IMG/VR virus record: IMGVR_UViG_3300033463_000087
Location: 11,366-75,365 of that record
Length of the DNA: 64,000 nt
Strand: one strand, 5' to 3'
Origin: a virus
Lineage: Duplodnaviria; Caudoviricetes
Shown in pieces: positions 10,690 through 19,170 of the stretch. Made by a program: the position numbers and the translations under genes. How positions within the stretch are numbered: position 1 is the first letter of the stretch; the number at the start of each line of letters is the position of its first letter. The notes under the pieces were generated by a model. It did not search any database, was not told where the DNA came from, and saw nothing but the letters and a program-made list of their open reading frames with translations.

Positions 10690-11334
10690 TTATTTATCCT
10701 CAATTATCATAGGAATATCATTTTCTTCTGCATCTATTAATTCAACATTTTCAAGTTTAATGCCTTTATCTGTCATAAGTTTATTTAAAATTAATTTCTC
10801 TTCATCTTTTTGTTGTTTTTCAATATCTTTTTGTTTTTTAAGAGCACTAAGAAGTTGTGGATTATACCAAACTTTTCTTTTTTCTAATGCTCTATCATCA
10901 AATTTATCTTTATCTATTTCATCTTGAGCAACATTCCAATATGCCCACGACCATTCTAAATCTCCCCAAGTATCAATTTCTTCTTTACCAAATATTTTTC
11001 TTATTTTCCAATAAACCCTTAAATCTTTTTCTTTTTCAAAATCTATTTGTTTATTATTTTGTATTAAATCTACAAACTTTTCAAATAATAAATCTGTTAA
11101 ATTTGTATCCCAACTACCAATTTCATCTTTTATTGCTTCTTTTAATTCTTTATTACTATTTTTTACTTCTTCAAAATCAATTAATTTTATATCATCTATT
11201 GCCTTTAATCCCTCTGCTAAAACATCTATTTTATTTATAGATTTAATTTTAATAAAGGGATTAAATGTAAATTTATTGTTATTTATCTTTATTGTTTTTA
11301 ATAAAGATTGTTTAAATTTTTCTAATGGATTCAT
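10690..11334 (-). CDS. Tail assembly chaperone, GT-like (G-paralog domain plus C-terminal extension)
   Basis: N-terminal half aligns by eye to 11334-11738; directly upstream of tape measure. Confidence 0.65.
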   Translation of the reverse strand: MNPLEKFKQSLLKTIKINNNKFTFNPFIKIKSINKIDVLAEGLKAIDDIKLIDFEEVKNSNKELKEAIKDEIGSWDTNLTDLLFEKFVDLIQNNKQIDFEKEKDLRVYWKIRKIFGKEEIDTWGDLEWSWAYWNVAQDEIDKDKFDDRALEKRKVWYNPQLLSALKKQKDIEKQQKDEEKLILNKLMTDKGIKLENVELIDAEENDIPMIIEDK

Positions 11335-11738
11335 TATTTACTAATACTATTTAAAAATTTAGCGTCTTTTTCGAAACGGCGATCTTTTTCTTTTACCATT
11401 TCTAAATAAAATAAAAATAATAAACTTGTAAAACTTTCATCCCAACTACTAATTTCTTCTTTGATTGCCTCTTTTTCAGCGACACCTTTACTAACCGCTA
11501 CTTGTACTTCTTCAAATTTACTAAGTGCTATGCCATCAACACTAATTAAACTAATAGCCAATGTTTCTACTTTTCTTGTATTAAATTTACTATCATCAGT
11601 TAAAGAAACAGTCTTTCTTGCTACTTCTTTTTCAATATCATCTGTTTCTTTTGTACTTAAACTACGAAATAAGAATTTTTTTCCCTGTATTTCGTACTCT
11701 TTTGTATAGTTTTTCTTAAACTCACTCATTGGATTCAT
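11334..11738 (-). CDS. Tail assembly chaperone, G-like
   Basis: KFLFRSLSTKE and LAISLISVDG pattern; position before tape measure; late promoter upstream. Confidence 0.7.
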   Translation of the reverse strand: MNPMSEFKKNYTKEYEIQGKKFLFRSLSTKETDDIEKEVARKTVSLTDDSKFNTRKVETLAISLISVDGIALSKFEEVQVAVSKGVAEKEAIKEEISSWDESFTSLLFLFYLEMVKEKDRRFEKDAKFLNSISK

Positions 11739-11775
11739 TTTATCTTATCTCCTTGGGTTTAATAACCCTCCTATC

Positions 11776-11793
11776 TATATAAATCTAAATGAA
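11776..11793 (-). promoter_or_regulatory. Putative late promoter (tail chaperone)
   Basis: TTCATTTAGATTTATATA. Confidence 0.75.
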
Positions 11794-11841
11794 TAATGCT
11801 AAAATTTAGTATAATATATATATATATATAATTTGTTATTA

Positions 11842-11873
11842 TGTAGTTTTGTAGTTTTGTAGTATTGTAGTTA
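11842..11873 (+). repeat. Four tandem 8-bp repeats TGTAGT(T/A)(T/A)
   Basis: tgtagttt tgtagttt tgtagtat tgtagtta. Confidence 0.8.
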
Positions 11874-11903
11874 TAAATCAGTAAATATTGAGAGGAAATA
11901 ACA

Positions 11904-12386
11904 ATGAGTAAAATATTAGTCGTAAAATTAGGTAGTGAACAAAATGGATGGTTACCATCAGAAAAACATTATAATGATATTAAATATAAATTAATACAAA
12001 GTGGTACTTTAAAAAAGTTTGATGGTTATATTATTACCCATTTTGGTACAAATTTTGAAATAATAGATTCAGATAATATGAAAATAGAAAGTCCTGAAAA
12101 TTATTTTGAAATAAAAACTAAAGAGGAACTTATAAAAGAAAATTATCTTCCAAAAGAAGGAGATTTTTTAAAAAATTCTGAAACTTTAATACATAAAGAA
12201 TTAGAAAAAAATGATATTAAAGAATATGTTATACCTGATATTTTGGAAGGCTTAAATATAAAAATTACTAAAAATGGACTTTTAAGTGCTATTGATTATC
12301 TTAAAAAGACACGACAAAACAAAGAATTAAGTGAAAAATTTTTGATAGAATCAATACTTAAATTAATCTATTGTTTTAGTAAATAA
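11904..12386 (+). CDS. Hypothetical protein on plus strand
   Basis: GAGG RBS, TTTAGTATAAT promoter at 11805-11815, hairpin at 12392-12419. Confidence 0.7.
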   Translation: MSKILVVKLGSEQNGWLPSEKHYNDIKYKLIQSGTLKKFDGYIITHFGTNFEIIDSDNMKIESPENYFEIKTKEELIKENYLPKEGDFLKNSETLIHKELEKNDIKEYVIPDILEGLNIKITKNGLLSAIDYLKKTRQNKELSEKFLIESILKLIYCFSK

Positions 12387-12391
12387 TAAAC

Positions 12392-12419
12392 CACCCCTTA
12401 CTATATAAAGTAAGGGGTG
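12392..12419. terminator. Hairpin between convergent genes
   Basis: CACCCCTTAC...GTAAGGGGTG. Confidence 0.65.
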
Positions 12420-12465
12420 AGTAGTATCATTGACCTTATTTGAGCTAGGAGGGAAGCTCAAATTG

Positions 12466-13050
12466 TTAATAACTTTCAATTAAGGTTTTAACCTCATTTA
12501 AGTTAGTAAAACTTACAGTATTTGAACTATTTGTAGCAACCTTTATTAATTTATTTTTATCTATTTCAGGTATAAAAAATGAATCAAAATATTTTTGAAT
12601 AAATGTTAAATCAAAAGTTACTATATATGTTGTTCCTACAAAACCAATAGCATGTGGATTATTACTATAATAATGTTCTTTAGTTGTAGTATGCTTAGAT
12701 TCCGTTATTACGGTTTCTAAAGTATATTGTTTTAATCTAACAATAGTTTTTTTATTATACTGTGTTGTAAGATAATCAAATATTGATTGTACTGCATCAA
12801 TTTTATCTTCTTTAATGCTAAATCTTATTAATCTTTGAAACTCTTCTAACCAAGGTTCCTGTAAATTTTGAAGTTGTAATTCTTTATCATTTTTAATTTG
12901 TTCTTTAATTACTTGTTCAACCTCGATATTGTTAGAAATTTGTTTTATTTCTTTAACAAGATCACTAACATTAAAATTTGCCCAACCAGCATTTTGTGCA
13001 TAACATAAAGTATTTAAACATAAAAAGATTATTACTAATAATTTTTTCAC
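12466..13050 (-). CDS. Exported or membrane-anchored hypothetical protein
   Basis: Signal-peptide-like N-terminus MKKLLVIIFLCLNTLCYA; GGAG RBS. Confidence 0.65.
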   Translation of the reverse strand: MKKLLVIIFLCLNTLCYAQNAGWANFNVSDLVKEIKQISNNIEVEQVIKEQIKNDKELQLQNLQEPWLEEFQRLIRFSIKEDKIDAVQSIFDYLTTQYNKKTIVRLKQYTLETVITESKHTTTKEHYYSNNPHAIGFVGTTYIVTFDLTFIQKYFDSFFIPEIDKNKLIKVATNSSNTVSFTNLNEVKTLIESY

Positions 13051-13061
13051 TTTAATTCTCC

Positions 13062-15560
13062 TTATATTATGTCTTCTGTAATTTCTTCAGGTTCATTAAA
13101 TATAGAATCTAAACCTTCTTCAGTAAAAGCAACTATATTATTGTCTTCATCCCTTACTGTACCTGTCCAATGCATTTTACCATCAGTAATTGAAAATACT
13201 ACAAGTAATTTTTTAATATCAGTATCATCTGCTTTATTATTAACACTTAAAATAACCTGTAATACTGCATCCGCATTTACTTCGTTATCAGGTATCATTT
13301 CATCTTGAGTAGGTGTATAAGGATCTAAAATTTTGGTTTTATATGATAACATCTTAATATCATATTTGTCAAAATCTTTAAATTTGTCAGAAAATTCAGT
13401 AATACATTTTGAAACTACATCATTAATAGTATCTACTTTATCGTCTTGTGTTTCTTTTTCAAAGAAATCAAGAGGTGTATTGTCTTCTAAAAGTTCATCA
13501 ATAGGAGTTTCGTTGATTTTTTCAACTTCCTTTTCTGATTCACTTTTATTATCTTCCTCTTCCATATCTTCTAAAGTAATATTTTCAGCAGTTACTTTTT
13601 TAGAAGCAGTATTTTTTTTAGCTGTTGGAACATTTAATGTAGCATTTTGAATATAAATAGCAGCACCGTCGCCAATATATTCAGCAATGTTTCCTTTATA
13701 AGTTATATTGATTTTATTTCCATTAGTGCTAAAAAACCCACTAAACTCACAATTTTGCGGCCAGTCAGCAAATAATTCTTTAGCCGTAGATCCATAACCG
13801 CCTTCATAGGAAACATATTCGCCAAAACATTTTCCACTTAATTGTACCCAGTCACCACCATGGTCGTTGGAAACAATATACTTATCTGGTTGTATTGCTA
13901 TTTCAAATCTATATGTTGCCGATTCACCTTTTTCTTTTTCTATACATTTACTTTTTAAGGTATTTACATCAAATTTTATATTTTCTATTTGAAACAAATC
14001 ACCGTCAAAATTTAATTCAGATTTTACCTTTTTAGAAGATTCTTTCTTATTTGAATAAGTCCAATTATATGATTCTGGATAGTAACCAAATTCATTAAAC
14101 AATTCTTTAGAAATGCTATCATCTATCATTTGTTTAATATCATCTTTAGTCATTTCAAAATCTTCTGCATCTTCATCTATTTCTATATTTAGATTGTTGT
14201 AAAAATCTGGTAACTTTTCTGTCGGTTTATCTTCTTCGTCTAACTCGTCAAAGTTCCAATCAATATCATATACATTTACTTGAATAATTTTTGATGATGT
14301 TACTTTTTTAGATGCTTTTATTTTTTCGCCATATCCATTTGCGATATAATCATCTAACAAAAATTTAATATTATTTTTTACATAAGTATTAAAATCTTCA
14401 TTATTTTCATGATAATCTTCATAATCTTTATATAATGCATCTTCTATTTCCCAATAACTGAAAGAATAACCTTCATATTGAATTTCAGGATCAGACCAAT
14501 TACCATGCCAAATAAATTTAACACCAGGAATGTTAGATAAATCCATATCTGATTTAATTTTTTTATTAGATTTGTTTATTGTTTTATTTAAAAAATTATA
14601 GCGACCTAAAATTTCTTCTTTACTAAAACCAAGCATTAATTGATATAATCTTTCAGCACATTGTAATAAATCACAATCTTTAAATAATGATTTGTTTTTC
14701 TTATATAATGCTTCTGCTTTATCTTTACCACCTAGGATATCTTCATCTTCGCTTGAAATTGCCTTAAATTCTTCATAAATTTTATCAAATGGAATATCTT
14801 CTTCTGCTTCTAAAGGTTTCCATTCTTCATTATTTTGTAAAACTTCATTTGCATAAGATTCATCTTCATTGATTACATCTTGTTCCCAATTTAATAAATC
14901 TTCTGCATCTTCTAATGAAATTTTTTCTTCAGCAACTAATCTTTTGGCTTCTCTTTCAAAACCATTAATATCAATTACTTTATTTTTAAAATTTTTCTTT
15001 AATTCAAAAACAGGATCTACTGCTGCATAAGGTTTTGCAATTTGATTAGGATCTGTTGCAATAGTAGCAACATCTTCTGTTTCTAATAATTTTGAGGTAA
15101 TAATTTTATCTAAAGTTTGAATTTTCTTTGCAACCTTTTTTAATTCGTCAATGGCTTCAGGTATAGTTGCTGTTTGAATTACTTCAGTGGGAACATCTGT
15201 TTCATTTTTTTCCATTACAGAATAACCATAAGAACCAGGAACAACATAAAATGCTACATTACGTTTTGATTTTGCCATACCCCAAGCAATAGTGCAAGCG
15301 GGTACATAAATTGGTGCATTATAATATTCATTATTGTTAATAATAAGTTTAGGACTTAAACCTGTGAGTTCTTCAAAAACTTCTTCAGCCATATTTCTTT
15401 GATAACCAACTGACTCACAATAATTTAAAATATAATCAACTGTATATTTATTTGATTTAATTAATTCTCTAACAACTCCAATTAATCCGTTTCTTTCGAG
15501 GGCTGTTCCCATACCTGCAAAAGGTATTCCTTGTAAAATTTTTTCAACTACTGGTTCCAT
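13062..15560 (-). CDS. Large acidic virion (probably head) protein with modular cargo domains
   Basis: 832 aa; late promoter at 15598; internal KKIKS/KKVTS/KKVKS/KKVTA motifs delimit modules. Confidence 0.6.
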   Translation of the reverse strand: MEPVVEKILQGIPFAGMGTALERNGLIGVVRELIKSNKYTVDYILNYCESVGYQRNMAEEVFEELTGLSPKLIINNNEYYNAPIYVPACTIAWGMAKSKRNVAFYVVPGSYGYSVMEKNETDVPTEVIQTATIPEAIDELKKVAKKIQTLDKIITSKLLETEDVATIATDPNQIAKPYAAVDPVFELKKNFKNKVIDINGFEREAKRLVAEEKISLEDAEDLLNWEQDVINEDESYANEVLQNNEEWKPLEAEEDIPFDKIYEEFKAISSEDEDILGGKDKAEALYKKNKSLFKDCDLLQCAERLYQLMLGFSKEEILGRYNFLNKTINKSNKKIKSDMDLSNIPGVKFIWHGNWSDPEIQYEGYSFSYWEIEDALYKDYEDYHENNEDFNTYVKNNIKFLLDDYIANGYGEKIKASKKVTSSKIIQVNVYDIDWNFDELDEEDKPTEKLPDFYNNLNIEIDEDAEDFEMTKDDIKQMIDDSISKELFNEFGYYPESYNWTYSNKKESSKKVKSELNFDGDLFQIENIKFDVNTLKSKCIEKEKGESATYRFEIAIQPDKYIVSNDHGGDWVQLSGKCFGEYVSYEGGYGSTAKELFADWPQNCEFSGFFSTNGNKINITYKGNIAEYIGDGAAIYIQNATLNVPTAKKNTASKKVTAENITLEDMEEEDNKSESEKEVEKINETPIDELLEDNTPLDFFEKETQDDKVDTINDVVSKCITEFSDKFKDFDKYDIKMLSYKTKILDPYTPTQDEMIPDNEVNADAVLQVILSVNNKADDTDIKKLLVVFSITDGKMHWTGTVRDEDNNIVAFTEEGLDSIFNEPEEITEDII

Positions 15561-15597
15561 AAATGTAATTACCTCATTGTAAAATATATTAAATGTC

Positions 15598-15615
15598 TAT
15601 ATAAATATAAATGAA
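15598..15615 (-). promoter_or_regulatory. Putative late promoter
   Basis: TTCATTTATATTTATATA. Confidence 0.75.
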
Positions 15616-15619
15616 ATAA

Positions 15620-15651
15620 TAATACCCTTCATTAAAAATAGAAGGGTATTA
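15620..15651 (-). terminator. Intrinsic terminator
   Basis: TAATACCCTTC...GAAGGGTATTA. Confidence 0.65.
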
Positions 15652-15676
15652 TAAATATTAATAAGTTTAGTAATAA

Positions 15677-15874
15677 TTATATTTCTTCAAAATCTTCTTC
15701 TAATCTAAACTTTGCTTCCTCGATAGCAGATAAAATATCTTCTTTAGACATACCTAATTTTTTATATTCTTCTACTAATTTTTCTAATGGCTTATAGAAA
15801 CGATGAACAGATTGTAATCTTAATTGCTCCATTGATTCATCAAAAACATTTTCTGCTTTAATTTTAAATTTCAT
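15677..15874 (-). CDS. Leader-bearing small protein (MKFKIKAE...); start corrected from ORF track
   Basis: GGAG RBS at 15884-15887 lies before the ATG at 15874. Confidence 0.7.
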   Translation of the reverse strand: MKFKIKAENVFDESMEQLRLQSVHRFYKPLEKLVEEYKKLGMSKEDILSAIEEAKFRLEEDFEEI

Positions 15875-15875
15875 T

Positions 15876-16100
15876 TTATAAATCTCCTTCACAATGTGGA
15901 CATTTTGAGTTTTTAAGACTAACTAAACGTTGATCTAAAATTTGATAAATTTGACCAACTTTTGTCCCAATTACTTTATTGCAATGAGGACAAATTACTT
16001 TTTCTTCTTTAGAAGCAGTTATTTTATTTTCTTCTAAAGGTTTAATTACTTCAATTTTGTTTTCTGCTTTTTTTGCTTTACCTTGTTTTTTAAATGCCAT
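15876..16100 (-). CDS. Small protein with CxxC...CxxC zinc ribbon
   Basis: CPHC...CPHC; GGAG RBS. Confidence 0.7.
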   Translation of the reverse strand: MAFKKQGKAKKAENKIEVIKPLEENKITASKEEKVICPHCNKVIGTKVGQIYQILDQRLVSLKNSKCPHCEGDL

Positions 16101-16117
16101 AATTAAATCTCCTTTTA

Positions 16118-16642
16118 TTAATTAAAATCAGCATAAAGTTTAAATAAATTATTTTTTATTTTTTTTAATGCTTCATCTTTATCTTTTATAATTTTATTTT
16201 GATTATTTTTTGTATCTAATATAACATATTTAGTTGATAATATTCTGTTAAAATTTACATTTTCTGTATCTATAATATTACATATATACATTGAATATTT
16301 ATCTAAAATATTTAAATTATTAATAATATACATATTACATTGTTGTAAAGTATCAAAATAATTTTCTATTAATAAATTAGATTTACTGCAATATAAATTT
16401 AATTTATTATAGTTTAAAATAAAATACATTTTAGGGTATTGTTTGGGTTTATAACCTTTAAAATCATAAATATTTTTAAATACTTTTAATAAATATTTTT
16501 TAACAACTTTTTGTTGTGTTACGATTTCATTTTTAATTGTATCTTCTTGTTTAATATTATTAGAATTATTTTCAAAAGATAATTCAAGTTGTTTTGGATT
16601 AATTATTATTTTCTTTTTACTTATAATTTTAATAAATTTCAT
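16118..16642 (-). CDS. Leader-bearing hypothetical protein (MKFIKIIS...)
   Basis: 174-aa ORF coupled to ferritin gene stop. Confidence 0.65.
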   Translation of the reverse strand: MKFIKIISKKKIIINPKQLELSFENNSNNIKQEDTIKNEIVTQQKVVKKYLLKVFKNIYDFKGYKPKQYPKMYFILNYNKLNLYCSKSNLLIENYFDTLQQCNMYIINNLNILDKYSMYICNIIDTENVNFNRILSTKYVILDTKNNQNKIIKDKDEALKKIKNNLFKLYADFN

Positions 16643-16644
16643 AA

Positions 16645-17142
16645 TTAAATAATTTCCATATCATTTAGGAAGTCTTCTAAATCTTGCTCATGATGTTGTT
16701 CGTCTTCCCATATTTTTCTTGCTATATGAAATGTAATTAGATCCCCACCATCTTTACAAGCCTTACAAATTGCATCATAAACATCTTCGGCACATCTTTC
16801 TGCTTCTAAATTTTGTGTAACTAAAACTTTAGTATTATAATCAGTAGGCTTAGTATAACCACAATTTGTATGTGTATACCACTCTTCAGGACTTTGTAAA
16901 GGAACACCACCAAGTTGAATAATTCTATCTTTTAACATTTGAGCATGTTTAAGTTCTTCTTCATAATGTTTTTGAAATTCTGCTTCAACTTCGGGTCTTA
17001 ATTTACCCACCGCCAAACCTATTGGTGCAAGATATTGAGTGGCTGCTAAATACTCATCGGCTAAAGCACGATTAAGCATACTTATTGTTGCTTGAACATC
17101 TATACCTTTTTCTTCTAATTTTTTAATTACATTTTGTGCCAT
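16645..17142 (-). CDS. Ferritin-like protein (DPSL / bacterioferritin type)
   Basis: LNRALADEY, EEELKHA...RIIQLGG, EAERCA...Y and EDEQHH give the di-iron ligand pattern. Confidence 0.85.
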   Translation of the reverse strand: MAQNVIKKLEEKGIDVQATISMLNRALADEYLAATQYLAPIGLAVGKLRPEVEAEFQKHYEEELKHAQMLKDRIIQLGGVPLQSPEEWYTHTNCGYTKPTDYNTKVLVTQNLEAERCAEDVYDAICKACKDGGDLITFHIARKIWEDEQHHEQDLEDFLNDMEII

Positions 17143-17144
17143 AA

Positions 17145-17702
17145 TTAATTATAATATCCTTTATATCTTATATTATATTTATGTCTTGCTTCATTTATTT
17201 CATAATCATTTTTAAATATTCCATCTCTAATTAAACTACTATTATCAATTTCATTTTGTAAAACTTTTTTTATTGCTTTTTCGTATAAAGGATGATTTTT
17301 AGTTATTATTTTTTCTTTTAATAATATACGAGCATTGGTAAGATCGCGTACTAAACTTGGTAATTTTTCATCTTTTGCTTTAATTGCTTCTTCGTAATAT
17401 GGAGAATTTTTAGTTATAATTTTATTCATTAATAGTTCTACAGCATAATTTTTAATTGCTTTTTTAATAAGTGGTTCAAAATATTTAGAATTTTTTGTTA
17501 TAAATTTTTCGCATAATAAACTTGAAGCAGCAGAACCATTACCATTATAATAGTCATATTCGGTTTTGCCTTGTAAAACTTGTTTTATTGCTTGATCAAA
17601 TATTTCTGTATTTTCTTTAATTTCTTTATCAAAAATAAGATTATATCCATCTTGACCATTTAATAAATCTTTTTTTGATTTAATTAATTTTATAAATTTC
17701 AT
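17145..17702 (-). CDS. Leader-bearing helical-repeat protein (MKFIKLIKS...)
   Basis: LLxxKIITKNxxYxxxI repeats, also seen in prohead protease C-terminus. Confidence 0.7.
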   Translation of the reverse strand: MKFIKLIKSKKDLLNGQDGYNLIFDKEIKENTEIFDQAIKQVLQGKTEYDYYNGNGSAASSLLCEKFITKNSKYFEPLIKKAIKNYAVELLMNKIITKNSPYYEEAIKAKDEKLPSLVRDLTNARILLKEKIITKNHPLYEKAIKKVLQNEIDNSSLIRDGIFKNDYEINEARHKYNIRYKGYYN

Positions 17703-17719
17703 AATATATTCCTCTCTTA

Positions 17720-17776
17720 TTAATTAATATATTCTCTAATAAATTTTTCTGCTTTAATTACTTTTATCATTTTCAT
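17720..17776 (-). CDS. 18-aa mini-ORF consisting mostly of the leader (MKMIKVIKAEKFIREYIN)
   Basis: Hand-translated; ATG 4 nt after upstream stop; leader near-identical to 57283-57723. Confidence 0.5.
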   Translation of the reverse strand: MKMIKVIKAEKFIREYIN

Positions 17777-17780
17777 AATA

Positions 17781-18152
17781 TTATTTTCTTTTAGTAAATC
17801 CTTTATTTCTTTCTTTGAAATCTTCAATATTATCTTTTACAGAATTAATAGGATTTATATCTATTTTAACTCCATCTAACTCTAAATTATATTTTGATAT
17901 AATATTAAATAAAGAATCATCACTAATATCTCCAGAATATTGTAACAGAACATCCAGATCACTTTCAGAGGTGTTTTCACCTCTTATATATGATCCAATT
18001 AATTCTATATTTTCAATTTCAATATCGAGGTTATTTTCTTTAATAATATTTTCTATATCTGTTTGTATAGAACTAATAATATCAGAAATATACCACATAT
18101 TTCCATTGAGTTCTATTTCTTTTTCAGATTTTATTAATTTAATAAATTTCAT
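17781..18152 (-). CDS. Minimal nucleotidyltransferase (Pol-beta superfamily) with leader MKFIKLIKS
   Basis: LIGSYIRGENTSESDLDVLL is the GS..RG....SDxD motif. Confidence 0.85.
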   Translation of the reverse strand: MKFIKLIKSEKEIELNGNMWYISDIISSIQTDIENIIKENNLDIEIENIELIGSYIRGENTSESDLDVLLQYSGDISDDSLFNIISKYNLELDGVKIDINPINSVKDNIEDFKERNKGFTKRK

Positions 18153-18178
18153 ATAAAAATATAAATTTATTTATTTTA

Positions 18179-18457
18179 CTAATTATTACGTCGATATTCG
18201 TCTTCTTCTTTAGCTGCTTTTGCTAAAATATCTTCTACTTTATTCCAACATTCATCCCAATATTTTTCGTCTATATTAAGATCAATTAAACAATCATTTG
18301 TAATTGCAGTGTTTTCTTTAATATCTACAGTATTTTCAATAAATTCAACCAATTCATACTCATCATCACAATTTCCCACCATATCGTTAAACCATTCTTG
18401 TACTTTCTCTTCCAAATCATCAATATTATTAGCTTTAATTAATTTTATAAACTTCAT
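18179..18457 (-). CDS. Leader-bearing acidic protein (MKFIKLIKANN...), internal start within the 204-aa ORF
   Basis: GGAG RBS and late promoter (18482-18499) just upstream of ATG 18457. Confidence 0.7.
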   Translation of the reverse strand: MKFIKLIKANNIDDLEEKVQEWFNDMVGNCDDEYELVEFIENTVDIKENTAITNDCLIDLNIDEKYWDECWNKVEDILAKAAKEEDEYRRNN

Positions 18458-18793
18458 AATTAATATTCTCCCATAATTTATTATAAAAATATAAATGAAA
18501 TGATAAATTGAATTTTTATTACGTTTCTTATAATAATTTGGATGTTTCTTCTCAAATTCTTTTCTATATTTCTTTAATTTTTCTTTATATTCTATATTTT
18601 CTTTATGTTTATGATAATATTTATTTTGATAATTATTTTGATATTTTCTATAAATATTATATCCTTTATTACCTTTAGAAACATACTTTTTTCTACAATC
18701 CTTACAAATAGTAGTATGTTTGTCTTTAGATTTATTATTGATATGAAATTTATTTAAAGGTAATTTTCTTTTACAATGGCCACATATTTTCAT
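18458..18793 (-). pseudogene. Zinc-finger N-terminus resembling HNH/EndoVII-type endonucleases, no nuclease domain, in frame with downstream gene
   Basis: CGHC...F......KD.....CKDC motif plus basic tail; the frame reads through the promoter. Confidence 0.45.
18482..18499 (-). promoter_or_regulatory. Putative late promoter inside the 204-aa ORF
   Basis: TTCATTTATATTTTTATA. Confidence 0.7.
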
Positions 18794-19170
18794 TTTAATT
18801 TTTCCCCTTCTTTTGTCCTTATTCTTAAACCAGGACCTTTTGGTATTCCAAAAATTTTACAACACTCATTAAATTGCTTTCCATGAGTGCTTTTACCGCC
18901 ATCTATATAATACATAATATGATGACAAAATTCATGAGTCAATATTTGTTTTATTTTTGCTTCACTATTTAAATCTAAAATATCATCATTTATGGAAATA
19001 ATATTATGTCCTGGATAATAACAAGCAATTTTAACTTCATCATCAATAGTAAGTATAGGTTCTTCAATGTTATATTGTTTATAAATAAGTTTTGCTTGTT
19101 CGGTAAGTAGTTTTATTGTTTTTAAGCAAAAATTTAATCTTGAAAGGATTTTGTTATCTAATATTAGCAT
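18790..19170 (-). CDS. SprT-like zinc metallopeptidase
   Basis: ILTHEFCHH (HExxH) followed by HGKQF. Confidence 0.8.
   Translation of the reverse strand: MLILDNKILSRLNFCLKTIKLLTEQAKLIYKQYNIEEPILTIDDEVKIACYYPGHNIISINDDILDLNSEAKIKQILTHEFCHHIMYYIDGGKSTHGKQFNECCKIFGIPKGPGLRIRTKEGEKLK

Noticed and set aside
11334-11360. Slippery heptamer T TTA AAT near the end of the G chaperone gene
   Set aside because: A -1 shift meets TAG immediately, and two more stops precede the next ATG, so no G-GT fusion is possible.
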